NCBI GenBank assembly: GCA_016748015.1
Contig: JAAOMT010000566.1
Location: 186,001-250,000, forward strand
Length of the DNA stretch: 64,000 bases
Direction: 5' to 3'
Origin: Geosiphon pyriformis uo1
Lineage: Eukaryota; Fungi; Glomeromycota
Shown here: piece after piece, positions 38,001 through 49,824 of the stretch
How the letters are laid out: each line of letters opens with the position of its first letter
How positions within the stretch are numbered: the stretch's first letter is position 1
Translations under genes and position numbers: made by a program
The notes under the pieces: generated by a model
What the model was told of the DNA's origin: nothing
The model's database searches: none
The model's input: the letters and a program-made list of their open reading frames with translations, nothing else

Positions 38001-40660
38001 TGATGATAGTTTCTTGTGGCAGTCCTTACATTTAAGGAGAATATAGGGGTGTTGTTTCCTTGATTTGGGTTTTGAGTAAGGTATATTCCATCCAGAGGTT
38101 TCGGGTTTAATGTGTGGGGTAAAATGTTTTTGTTCTGTTTCATCAGCCCAGTTGGACGTTGATCCAAGAGCTATGAATGTTTTGATTATTGGTTTTTCTT
38201 CTTCTGGTTCAAATTCAAAAGCTGGGGCTTTTTCAGAGCGTTTGTTGAATGTACCACAAATGGCAGGTACCTGGGCGTGTTGTCCTTGGTAGGAGATTGT
38301 TAACTCTTGTGTTTCCCAATTCAGATTAGCATTGGCTTTTTGAAGCCAATCATTTCCGACGAGAGCTTGGTACTGGGGTGTGTCCATTACAAGAACTTTG
38401 ACTGGAATGGTGATTCCATCAAGAGTGAATGGAAAATTGTCAATTTCTCCTACTGGGGTCTTTTTCATGCCATCGGCAGTGACAATTACTGTTTAAGCTG
38501 GTCGGTCAACATTTTTTTTCAACTGTTGTATTAACTGGTAGGTAATAATGCTTCTGGCAGATCTACTGTCTAGGATCAAGTGAATTGGCTTTCCTTTTAC
38601 TTCAGCTTCTGTGTACATTGCAGTGATGGCTTTTTGCTCATTAGCCGCTGTATTGCTAAGCAAGAATGGTGATTCATTTGCTTCAAATTCAAAAGGAAAG
38701 ATATTAGAGAGATTGGCGTTTTCAGCAATTCGGGCTGGTGGAATAGTGGTGTGATTATGAGAAGGGTTTTGTTGTTGTTGTGCTGCAGCTCTACCTTCCG
38801 AGAATGCAGTATGGTGAAAATCCTGTTCTTTTGGCATTGTTAAATAACTGGGTTGAGTGTGATAATGGTTGGGTCTTGGTTGAGTGGTATTTTGGAGAAC
38901 TAATTGGTTGTTCGAACTAATTCTACTGTTGTTTACTTGGTATTAGTTTTGTGGTGTGAATTGATTTTATGTAATCAGTCTTCGAGCAGGTACTTGATAA
39001 TGTTGTGTGGGTGGTTGTTGGTATTGCTGTTGGATTGGTTGTGGGGCGGACTGATAATAGTTATTTTGGTATTGGGGTCTTGGTGGATAGTAAGCTGGTG
39101 GTGATGGTTGATAATAAAATTGCTATAGTGGAGAGTAACATTGATTACCCCTATTTTATTGGTCTCGTTGTAGCTTTCTGCAATCTCTTTTCCAGTGACC
39201 AGAGATTCCACAGTAATGGCAATTCTGGGGCTGGTTATTGGAAAGTGGTGCAAAGTTATTTTGATTTTGTCTTTGGGGTGGTTGATATCTTTGTTGTTGT
39301 TGGTTGGTAAAATAGTTTTTGATCTTCTTTGTAAGTTGGTCAATTTTTTCCTCAGCTACTGAGCTGGTTTTTCCAATTGCCAAATTTACAAGTTTTGTAT
39401 AATTGGCCTCTTCCATGGCCATTTCGTATTTTTTCGCATGCTGTATGGTAGAGTTTAAATCTTCTGGCGTGTGTGGGCAAATCTTTTTAATTAGTTTATC
39501 TTTTAGACCAGCGATAAATTGATCCAAGATTTGAGCATCAGAATAATAATCATTTGTCTCGAGTTGGCGAATCCGTCTGAGATATTTGTTGAATTTCCCA
39601 ATATAAGTCATAACGAATTCGGAGAGTTCTTGTTTGATATTTTGAAAACAATTGCGAAGAGTGATGGAAGTATTATTGTCGGTGAACTGTTCAAGGAAGG
39701 CTGCTTTGAAAGCGTTCCAATCATTGAATGGGGTGGCCAGGTTTTCAAACCATTCTCCTGCTGTTCCTTTGAGAAAGTATGGAATTGTTTTTAACATTCT
39801 GGTGGCATTCTATCCATTTGCATCTCCGGCTTTAGTAACTTGGTCGAGCCATTCTTGAGGACTGGTCTCAATGTCTTCTCCATTAAAGTCAGGGATTTTT
39901 GTGATGTATGTTGTCATTTCGTCTTCTTCGTTTTCACTATCTATTGATTCTTCTTCAGTTATTTTAGAGTTGTTTTCTTCGTTTGCTGCTGTCTCAGAGT
40001 GTTCACTTTGATTTTCAGCTAAAAAATCAAGGAGATTGGAACTAGTTTGAAGGGGTTCTTGTTGTCTGGTGGGACTTCTGAGTGATGTAAAATCTTCTGG
40101 TCTTGTAAATTGATTCAAGAGTAAATTAGATGTTTGTGCTTATGCAAGTAAAGCTGGAAAAAGTGTGACAGTAAGTGGAAGTTTTGAGCTGGTTCCTTGT
40201 TTAGGTGTTTATAGATGTTTGAATGATATTTTGGGAGTATTGGGTGTTGTGTGAACAGATCGGTTATCTTTTTGTCTTTTGTTGCTACTGGTTTCAGGTT
40301 CAGATTCGAGTTCAAAGGTAAATTGTGCGTTTGCAGGATATTTTTCTTCACAGAATTGAATGATATTATAATTGAGTTCCTCAAAATAAGTAGCACAAGC
40401 TTCAGCACTAATGTTTTCTGATTCAGTGTTGGAATAGTGTAGTATGTTCTCAAGAAGATCTCTTTTAACTGTTGTAATGTTATAGTTCCCAAAGAGGTAG
40501 TCATTAATTCGATTTTCGATGTATTGAAAAAGTGTTTTCTTGAAAGCTATGATTCCGTCATGTATTTCAAATCATTGTTTGCAGTGTGTGTAAATTGATT
40601 GATAGTATTCTAAGGTTGTGATGTCTGAGGCGGTCACCACTTTGAATTTGTTATTGTGTT
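35037..40660 (-). pseudogene. Gypsy B gag-pol in a single frame: N-extension, CA, NC, PR, Cys-rich domain, dUTPase, RT (YLDD), RNase H
   Basis: ORFs 39156-39797, 38493-38837, 37923-38468, 37503-37688, 35787-37493 and 35337-35756 share one frame, broken only by point stops. Confidence 0.92.
36879..37310 (-). CDS. dut: dUTPase domain inside Gypsy B pol
   Basis: DAGYDL, RSSLA, GIINAGYTG, IAQAI, RRTQDFGSTG in ORF 35787-37493, in frame with RT. Confidence 0.93.
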
Positions 40661-40682
40661 ATTTCCGTGGAAGAGCACCAAA

Positions 40683-41642
40683 TGTTACCGGAGGTTTTTG
40701 GTCTCTTTTCTGTAATGTTGTTGATACTTATTTACTGTGAATTCACGTTTTCTGGATGTGGTTGAACCTCCAATAACTGAATTTATCTTCAAATTATAGG
40801 AGATAATTTGAACTGCTGGGCTTATAAGTAGAATGGCCAATTTCTTGCCAGTTACTTTATGTAGTTGCATTGTAGTAAACGTCAACTCTTTCTCAGGAAT
40901 TGCTCATCTGGAAGCTCACTAAAAATGTGTAGTTACTTTGCTGTGAAAGTCAACTCTTCTACAGAAATCTCGTCTGTAGGCTACCTTAATGATTGTAATA
41001 AGAAAAGAAAAAGAAAATAAAAGAAATGTAAAAGAAATAGAATTTTGTCAAGAGAAACGTTTTCTATCCAGGCCTGGAGTCACTAACAGTTTACTGAAAT
41101 TGGTAGCTAATCAATTTCGAAATGTTAGTTGGTTTTTGGGGATTTTTCAAGGGCAATAATTAAAGAATTTGGTTTTTCAAATTATTTGGTATTTATTTTT
41201 TTTTGTGTGTGTAGAAATGGTCCTAAGTGATAAATCTAAGGTAAGATACATTTTCTTGAAGAGAGAAGCTCTTCTTTTATACAACTTGTCATAACACTAT
41301 TCTATGAACTTGAACTTTGCTATTTTCTACAATTTCACTAAACTAAAGATACATTTTGGCAAACTACAAGTTATTTCGGTGAACTATCAATTATTTTGGC
41401 AAATTTTTATAAATTTCAGCGAACTTTTGAATGTTACATAGTTTGGGGTATTGCATGATTGATTATCGCAATTAGGTTACATTTGTGTTGTGTACAATTT
41501 AGATTATTAATTAAATGATAATTTCGGACATTCTTTGCTAATGTAATAAGTGATAATTTGAAACGATAATATATGCTAATTAATAATAGGAATTATGAGA
41601 TAGTTTCATGCTAAATGATATCTCTAATTTTGTTTGGTAACA
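40683..41642 (-). repeat. 5' LTR of Gypsy B
   Basis: Direct repeat of 32185-33164; followed on the minus strand by PBS TGGTGCTCTTCC. Confidence 0.95.
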
Positions 41643-44600
41643 CTGTTCATTTTTCTCAGGCTAATAATATCAATTTTGTAATAGCAAGAGCAGTTAATGA
41701 ATCTTCATTTGTGGTTTTGGGCAGTAACTTCAATAAAGATGGCTTCCAAAGATGTGCTAGCTTCAAAAAGTGTCTGGATCTTGGTTTAGTTAATTTCTTG
41801 GGTAGAAGTTCCTATATTAAAATGTCCACATGGGCTAATTCTCAGAGCATGATTAAGACTATTGATTTTTTGTTTATTTCTTTGAACTTGGTAAATGCTG
41901 TAGTGGATTACGAAGTGTCTGATGTTGGTGAATTTTTTGATACTGACTATCATGCTGTTTTTGTGTCTGTGAGTTTGAGTAGACTTTTGGATAAGTGGTT
42001 AAATTTTCTTCACAAGCAAGTAAATAGAGATCAGTAGAAGTTTGATTTCAAAGGTGCTGATGAAAATAAATAGAACAATTTCAAAGGTGCTATATTAGCT
42101 AATGCTGTAATGTTCTCAAATGAGTTTGCCACCTCTGCAAGATTTTTGGATTTGGATGCAATATAAGATATTATTCGCAAAATAATGGTTTTTTCAGCTA
42201 ATGAGGTGTTTAAAAAGAAATGATTTAAGGGCTTTGATAATGTATTTACTAAAAAATCTTCAAGATTTCATAAATTGGAGCTCTTGATCTCTAGGATTGT
42301 CAGAGTCTCACATAAGAAGAGTATTGTAAATTTTGATTCTCTTATGAGATGCTGGATTTTTCTGAACAATGTTAAGACTTTAGTCATTCAAGAAGTTGTA
42401 GACTCTGGTACTAACTCTGGTCATGTCCGTTTTGTTTTTTTTGGTGTTAGGAAGTATTATCATGCTGCCAAGTTTGCTGAATTTCTGAGGGCTAAGGAGG
42501 CAAATGTCAGATCTGTTATAGATAGACAGATAGAAAGCTTTGAGACGAATAAGAGTCATACTATCAAGAGTGTTCTGGAGCATCCTTTCCACAAAGTGGT
42601 TCTGGACTATCTGGTTGTTGATGACAAACTTATCTTGGAGCCTAATTCAATTAGGTCTAAGGTGGACATTATTATGGAAGGATAGACCAGGAAGGATGGA
42701 CCAGAAAGCATGGTGTGGTTGCTGATGTCTTTAATGTTTGGTCTCATCAATATTGGCCATTGGATTATGTTTTTAATGAGGCCTTTTCTGGTGTAATGCA
42801 TTCAGTTAAGTTTAGTAAGCTGTTTAATGTGATTTTCAATTTGCCTAATGACAAAGCTGCTGGTCTTTTGGGTATTACAAATGAGTTTTGAAAACATTGT
42901 AATAAGTCAATTCTGGATATGCTTTTAGTATTTTTAAACTTTTGTCTTTCTTGTGAATCTGTGCTCGAATCTTAGAAAAAGGCTTGGGTCTCAATGATTT
43001 CTAAACCATATGAGTGAGAGAGTGTTTTCATGAATACTTGCCCTATTGTTTTGATCAAAACAGCTCATAAAATCCTTTCCAAAATACTCTCTGATAGAAT
43101 TTCTTTGGCATACAGCACTTTTGACATTCTTTGTGAAGACAATTTTTCAGTTTTAAAAGATACAACAACTTAATTTCCTATTTTTGCAATTAGATTAGTG
43201 GTTGAAAATGCATTGGAAAAGAATCGGGAGTTCTGGCTGGTTTTGCAGAATATGCAGAAAGCATATGATTCAGTCAGCTGGAAACATCTCGAGAAAAGTT
43301 TGATCAAGATTAAGATGTGCAGTAAGTTTATTTGGTTTTTTGGTGGTATTCATAGAGATCGTACCAACAGAATGATGACAGATTTTGGGTTGACATATAG
43401 TTATTGTGTACATAATGGTTTGGACCAAGTGGAGGTCTTTTTTTCACTTCTGTGGCACATATTTTATGATTCTCTGCTATGCAAAGTCAAGAGACAGGAA
43501 AGCATGTGTGATTATAGATTAAGTTCTTATTTTATTTCAAAAAATGGTTGTGCTAAGTCCTGAACTGGGCTTTCTTCTTTTTTTGCTGCTGGTGCTTTCG
43601 TCGATGATACAATTTGGGTTGGTAGTAGTCAGGGAGCTACTCAACATATTTTCAACATTGCAAGTGAATTTTTTTGGATAAATGATATTTCTATCAATAA
43701 CAACAAAACAGTGGCCATTTCTATTAATAGTAGAGTCAGCACTCCTTCTCTTTCTATCAGTGGCTTGCCAATTTCCATTGCTAAAAAGGGTGAATCTCAT
43801 CAATATCTGAGTATTTTTTTCTCAACTGAAGGTCTCTCAAGGCCTAGTTTGGTAAAAGCAAATTCAGACATTCGTTTTTTTACCAATTTGGTCCTGAGAA
43901 AAGCTGTCTCAAATAAGCAGTTCTTATATTTGGTTTTAGCAGTTCTTTATCCTATAGTTAGTTACAAAACACAGTTCAGTTTCATTCTCATTAGTACATG
44001 CAACAAATGGAATGCTTTGATTCATAAGAGCTTGAAATTTAAATCTGGCCTATCTCTTAATTTTTCTAGTAATACAATTCACCACCCTTTCTTTTATGGT
44101 TTGAAATCTTTCTTTTAAGTTCAGTTTGAGAGCAAAATGGCCTCTCTTGTTAGTTTTGCAAACTCGGATGGTGTCTTGAGTTGTTTGTTTTTTCACAGAT
44201 CCCATGACTTGTAGGTCCTATACTGGCATCCTGCTTATCTATTGAGTTCTCCTGTGCATATTTATGTCAATGTTTCCAATAACTTTTTTGTAAGCATGGT
44301 TCAGATTTTTCTTGATTGCAATTTGTCTCTGGGTGGCTTTTTGGCCAATTCCTTTTGGTTTTGTAATGGGGTCCCTATGTCTGCTGTTCTGGGCAAATCA
44401 CAGTTTCTCAAGTTTTTCTCTTCTCTCTAATGATATGGTATTGTCTTTGTAAACCAACTTCATGATTATTATGGTTCTGTCTTTGATTGGCACACCTTCA
44501 AACATTAGAAGAAATTAAACTCTTATGGTCTTGTTCCTGAGTGGTTCAAGCTTTCTGTTGCATTTCTCAATGATAAAAGTTTCTCTTTCATTTATTTCTC

Positions 44601-46261
44601 AGTTTCGGATGGTATTGGTTTTTTGAACATTCTTGAATCTAGTGATTTTGCTTCTGTCTGTAATCGTCTCTCACAAGTTAGTGCTAACAGTTTGTTGGTG
44701 TATACAGATGGGTCTCTTAGTAACCTGGGCACAGTTGGTTATAGAGCTGGTGCTGCTGTTTTTTTTGAGAACATTGATTTGGGTTTGGGTATTGGTGTGT
44801 CAGGTTTAATATCATTCACTTTGGCAGAGTTGCAGACTATTACACTGGCTCTAGAAAGTGTCCCTCTACTGAGCTCTGTTAATTTGTTTTTGGATAGTCA
44901 ATTTGTGCTGGATGCCTATAAGTCTGAATTAGGTCTGGCAGTTCCTGACTTTTATAATCAGTGTTGGGTCAAACATTGTCATATTGTCAATGTTATTCAC
45001 AGTAAAAATTTGAAGGTTAGCTGGCATAAGGTTAAAGGCCACTCTGGTGTTTCAGGAAATGAGTGCACTGATATAATTGCTGGTGATGCTTCTCTTTTTA
45101 GTTGATATCTTCCTCCCCACGTGAATGAACACTTCATAATAGCTGGTGGTAGTGTGGTTTCTGGCAATTCTTGACATTTTGTACATGATATTTATTGTTT
45201 GGTTTGTCATACACACTAAGAGGTTGGTTTTGGTTCCAAGTTTTTGGTGGACAGTTTGCTTTCTGAAGTTGACTGGTTTTGTTCTTCTTTGGTTTGGCAC
45301 TCTGACTTGTACATGGCTGCTGGTTTCACCAGCAGACCCTTGGCTAATGTATGCACTTATTTTATGAAGGCTTTGTACCACCAGCTACCAGTTGTCATTC
45401 AGAAGTGTCTGTATAATAGACTATATCCAAGTGTGTTGTGCTTATATTGTGGCAATGTGGAAGTATCAAATCATGTGTTTTCTTACAAGATTGATGATTT
45501 TGTCTAACATCAGTTGCTAGAATTCTAAATGGACTTCTAAAAGGCAGTTTCTGGTCTCTTTTATTCTTTTTTGGGCATACTACAACTGTTGTCTTTATGT
45601 GTTTCTGACTTTTCTTTGTTTATGGCTTTTTATAAGGGTTTCATTTTTAATGATTGGTTTTGTGAGGCAGTCACCATTTTTCAAGATCCCAAAATTGCTG
45701 GTTTGGAGATCATCAAATTTGTGTGCTCTTTTAGTCTTGATTTTAGGAATAATGTCTGGTCTGTTTATGCTAAACATTGTGCTTTTATGAAGAAGAATAG
45801 GTTGATTTCTCTCAGTGGTTTGGTTCTCATCTCAGTTTCTGGTTTGGCCTCAGGATTGTTAGTTGGGATAGTCAAATTGCTTGGCATTGCCAATGCTTTT
45901 GGAGTTCATTTTGGTTTTTGCAAATCTTGTTTGTTTTTTTTAGATATAAGTGACTTAGTTTTAGTTCACATAGCTGTGTAGTGTTGTTTTAATCAGCCCA
46001 AATGGCTGGTCATGTGTAGAAAATACATGATTCATGCCTAGTTTAGATCATTTCTTTGATGTATAGCACTAGGTAGTATTTGGACTTCACTTGTAAAGCA
46101 AAAAAAAAAATATTTTTATTTAATTAAAATAAATAATACTAAAATTTTAATAAAAATATTTGTTAATAAACAGAATTTTTGTTAAAATTAAAATAAATAA
46201 ATTGTTAATTTTTTGTTTTAAAGTTAATATTATTGTTAAAAAATAATTAAAAAGTTTAATA

Positions 46262-49200
46262 TGTTGTGATGGGAAGGTTTTGGCTTGTTTTTTGAAATTG
46301 TTGAATTTATGTTTAAGTATGGATGCAGTTCTTAATCTGTAGAAAGAAGTGTGAATTTCAATGATTCTAAAATCTTATGAGTGAAATAGTGTTCTAATAA
46401 ATACTAGACCTATCACATTAGTTAAAACAGTGCATAAAATACTATCTAAGATCCTATCTGATCGGATATTTTTGGCTTGTAACAAGTTTAATGTTCTTCA
46501 TGGTGACAATTTTTTAGTGTTGAAGGGTACTTTAATCCAGTTTCCTATTTTTGCTATTGGTTTAGTCATTAAGAATGCTCTGGAAAAAAACAGAGAGCTT
46601 TAGTTAGTAATGCAGAATATGCACAAAGCTTATGATTTAGTAGACTGGCATTATTTGTGAGCAAGCTTGTATCACATCAAAATATGTGAATATTTCATTC
46701 AATTTTTCAGCAACATTCATGAGAACTGGATCAACAGGGTGATAATCAACTTTGGGCTTTTAGATGATTATAGAGTACATAATGAGTTGGATTAAGGAGA
46801 GGTCTTTTTCCTGCTGCTTTGGAAGATATTTTATGATCCACTTTTGTGTAAAGTGAAAAGGCATAAGCACTTATGTGGATATAAGATTGATTTTAAGTTC
46901 ATAGCAAAGTCTGGCAAAATTAAGACAAGTGGAGAAAAAACTTCTTTTTTGGCTGCAGGCGCTTTTATTGATAATACAATTTGGGTCAGAAGTAGTCAGG
47001 CATCTACACAATATATTTTGAACATTGTAAGTGAATTTTTTGTGATCAATGATATCTCAATCAATAATGATAAGATGGTAGTAATTTCTATTAATCAGAA
47101 AGTTAAGAATGCTTTATTATTAATCAATAGATTACCAATTTTGATTGCTAAAAAGGGTGAGTTACACCAATATTTAGGTATCTTTCTGTCAACTGAAGGT
47201 CTCTTTAAGCTCAGTTTGGCTCAAGCCCATAAAAATATTAGGTTTTTTTCTAATATAGTGTTAAGAAAAGCTATTATGGACAAACAATTTTGTTATTTGG
47301 TTTCAGTAGTTTTGCAATCCATTGTTAGCTATCATACACAGTTCAGTTTTGTTGCTTTAAATATGTGTCACAAGTGAGATATTATGATTAAAAAAGATTT
47401 TAGAGCCAAAACTGGTTTACCATGTGACTTTCCCAGTGAGGTCTTATACCACTCTTCCTTATATGGTTTGAAGTTTTTTGAACAAATACAGTCTGAAAGA
47501 AAGCTGGTGTTATTGATTTTATTTTCTAATGACCACAGCATTCTTGAACATTTATTTGATCATAGATTTTTGGATTTGCAAGTTTTGGGATGGTTTTCTC
47601 TGAATTCTTTGCAATTTCCTGTTAGGTTGCATATTAGTCCTGTGAACAATTTTTTGGCAGGGGTGGTGAAGATTTTTTTGGGGAATAATTTATCTTTAGT
47701 GAACAATTTACCTTGTGTTTTATGTGGGTCCAGTAATTTTTTGATGTCTGACATTTTGGGTCAGTCTTTGTATTACAAATCTATTTTTTTATTAAAATGT
47801 TTTGGTGTTGCTTTTGGTCACAAAATTCTTGACAAGAAAGGAAAGGTAATGGACTAAAAAACATTTTGGCATTAGAAGTGATTGAACCCAAAGGGCCTTG
47901 TGCCTTACTGGTTTTCCTTGATGTTTGATTTTATGAACAATTCTGTTTCTTTGGAGGTTAGAGCTGCTATTGCTACTAAGGAAGATGTGCTGAGTGTTTT
48001 GGATTCTGATAGGTTCTTTGAAATTCATAATAGTCTACTGAAGGTATGGTCTGATTGTATTGAAGTTTATACAGATGGGTCTTTGAGATGTGCTGGTTCT
48101 GTTAAGGCAGCAAATAAAGCAGCTGCATACTTTCCAGCTGTGAATGTAGGCATTAGAATTAAGGTCACTGGACTTTTGTTCTCTATTTTAATTGAACTAC
48201 AAGCTGTGGTGTTGGTTTTGGAGTGTGTTTTATCTTTATGCTTAGTGGTTTTGTATTCGGATAGTCAATCTGCAATTGATGCCTGTATTTCCGAGGCTTT
48301 TTTGACTACTTCTGATTTCCATAACCAATGTTGGATCGAAAGATTACAAATAGTCAATCTCCTTAAGGACAAAAATATTTCAATTAAGTGGGTGAAAATT
48401 AAAAGACATTCAGATGTATTGGGCAATATTAGAGCTAATGTGTTGGCTAATGAAACTACTTCCTTATCTCTTTTTTTGTCAGTTAAAACCTGGGAGAGGT
48501 TTTTGGTTGCTGAAAAGACTGCCATATCTGGCAATGTTCATCATTTTGCTTGAGACTTATACCAGTCAATATGCTGTGTTTGTTAGGAGGCTGGTTCGGA
48601 TTTTGATATAGTTCTGAATGTTATGATTAGAGAAATAGATTGAGATGCTACTGTGACAGTTTGGCATCCTGATTCACACATGTCTTCTGGGTTCACCAGT
48701 AGAAAGTCAGCCAATTTACACACATATTTAATAAAAGCTGTATATAAGTGGCTGCTGATTGCAGTTAAAAAGAGATTGTATAATAGAAGTTATCTTGGTG
48801 TTTTGTGTTTGCTGTGTGACAAGGTGGAATTTTTTGATTATGTTTTCACTTGTTCTGATGACTCTGGTCTTCATGGAAACATTTTGGTTAAGACTGCTGA
48901 AAAGTGAATGTCAATGTCTGGTCTTTCAGGTTCATCTTCATTTGCTATTCTGCTCTTACTCTCGGCATGTTCTTTAAATGTGAGTTTTTATACAGCAGTG
49001 TGCAAAAGTTTTGTAATGAGAGATTGGTATGCTGAAACTGTTTCAGTTTTTGAGAGAAAAAAGAAGGCTACTCAGACCCTTGTGGAATACATCAGATTTG
49101 TGGTGGAGTTGCAGCACACTTGAATTTGGACTATTAGAACCAAGCATAGAGTGGAGATAGAAAAGGCTGGCTTGGTTGGGGATAATGGTGTGGTTTCTGA

Positions 49201-49490
49201 CTTGTCTAGCAGTGTAGTTTCTATGTTGTCAACTGGTGTTGTCCATATGCTTAGTGTTATAGAATCTTTTGCTGTTAGGTTTGGTAGATACAAGTTGTGT
49301 CATTTTTTCTTTGGTTTGGGTGGTAATGCTTTTATTACTATAGATGTATAGTGTTGCTTTGTCTGGCCCAAATGGCTGGTCACATGTAGTCTGTACATAA
49401 GCTGTATTTAGTTAATTCCATTTAGTTTGGTTCTATGTACTAGATAGCAGTTGGGCTTCATTCATAAAACTTAAATAAAAAAAAATAAAA
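46262..49490 (+). mobile_element. LINE copy L4, 5'-truncated within RT
   Basis: AFIDNT, RNase H VYTDGS..SDSQ, C-terminus ending at 49351, 3'UTR, A-tail; 13-bp TSD AAAAAGTTTAATA (46249-46261/49489-49501). Confidence 0.92.
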
Positions 49491-49824
49491 AAAGTTTAAT
49501 AAATTTTTTATAATAAAAAATTAATTTTAAACTTTTTTAATATATATAATTTAATTATAAATTCAATCATATTTTAAAATAATTTTTTTTTATTAATATA
49601 TAAAATTTAATTACTATTTAATATAATGTAATTTATTTATTTTTTATATGTAATTAAATATGAATTTAATTTAAATTATATTATATTAAAACAAAAATAA
49701 ACTTATTCTGTATAATAATATATATTTTAAAATAAACAAAAACAATAACAATTATAATATTAATAATCTTAATAATAAAATTAATTAATATAGCCAATTT
49801 AATTAATTTAAGTTTTAAAAAAAT

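Larger units (their letters stand above)
32185..41642 (-). mobile_element. Ty3/Gypsy LTR retrotransposon B, sister subfamily of A, full length apart from an assembly gap
   Basis: LTRs 32185-33164 and 40683-41642, TSD CTGT (32181-32184/41643-41646), PBS, PPT 33165-33180. Confidence 0.96.
19820..46110 (+). mobile_element. LINE copy L3, full length, split by Gypsy A and Gypsy B (pieces ~19820-20013, 29933-32184, 41643-46110)
   Basis: ORF1 29982-31817; ORF2 ATG at 31817; the endonuclease reads across Gypsy B (LGLYTEVFLAV|HFSQANNIN); AFVDDT ~43595; RNase H 44623-45105; poly(A) 46100-46110. Confidence 0.92.
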
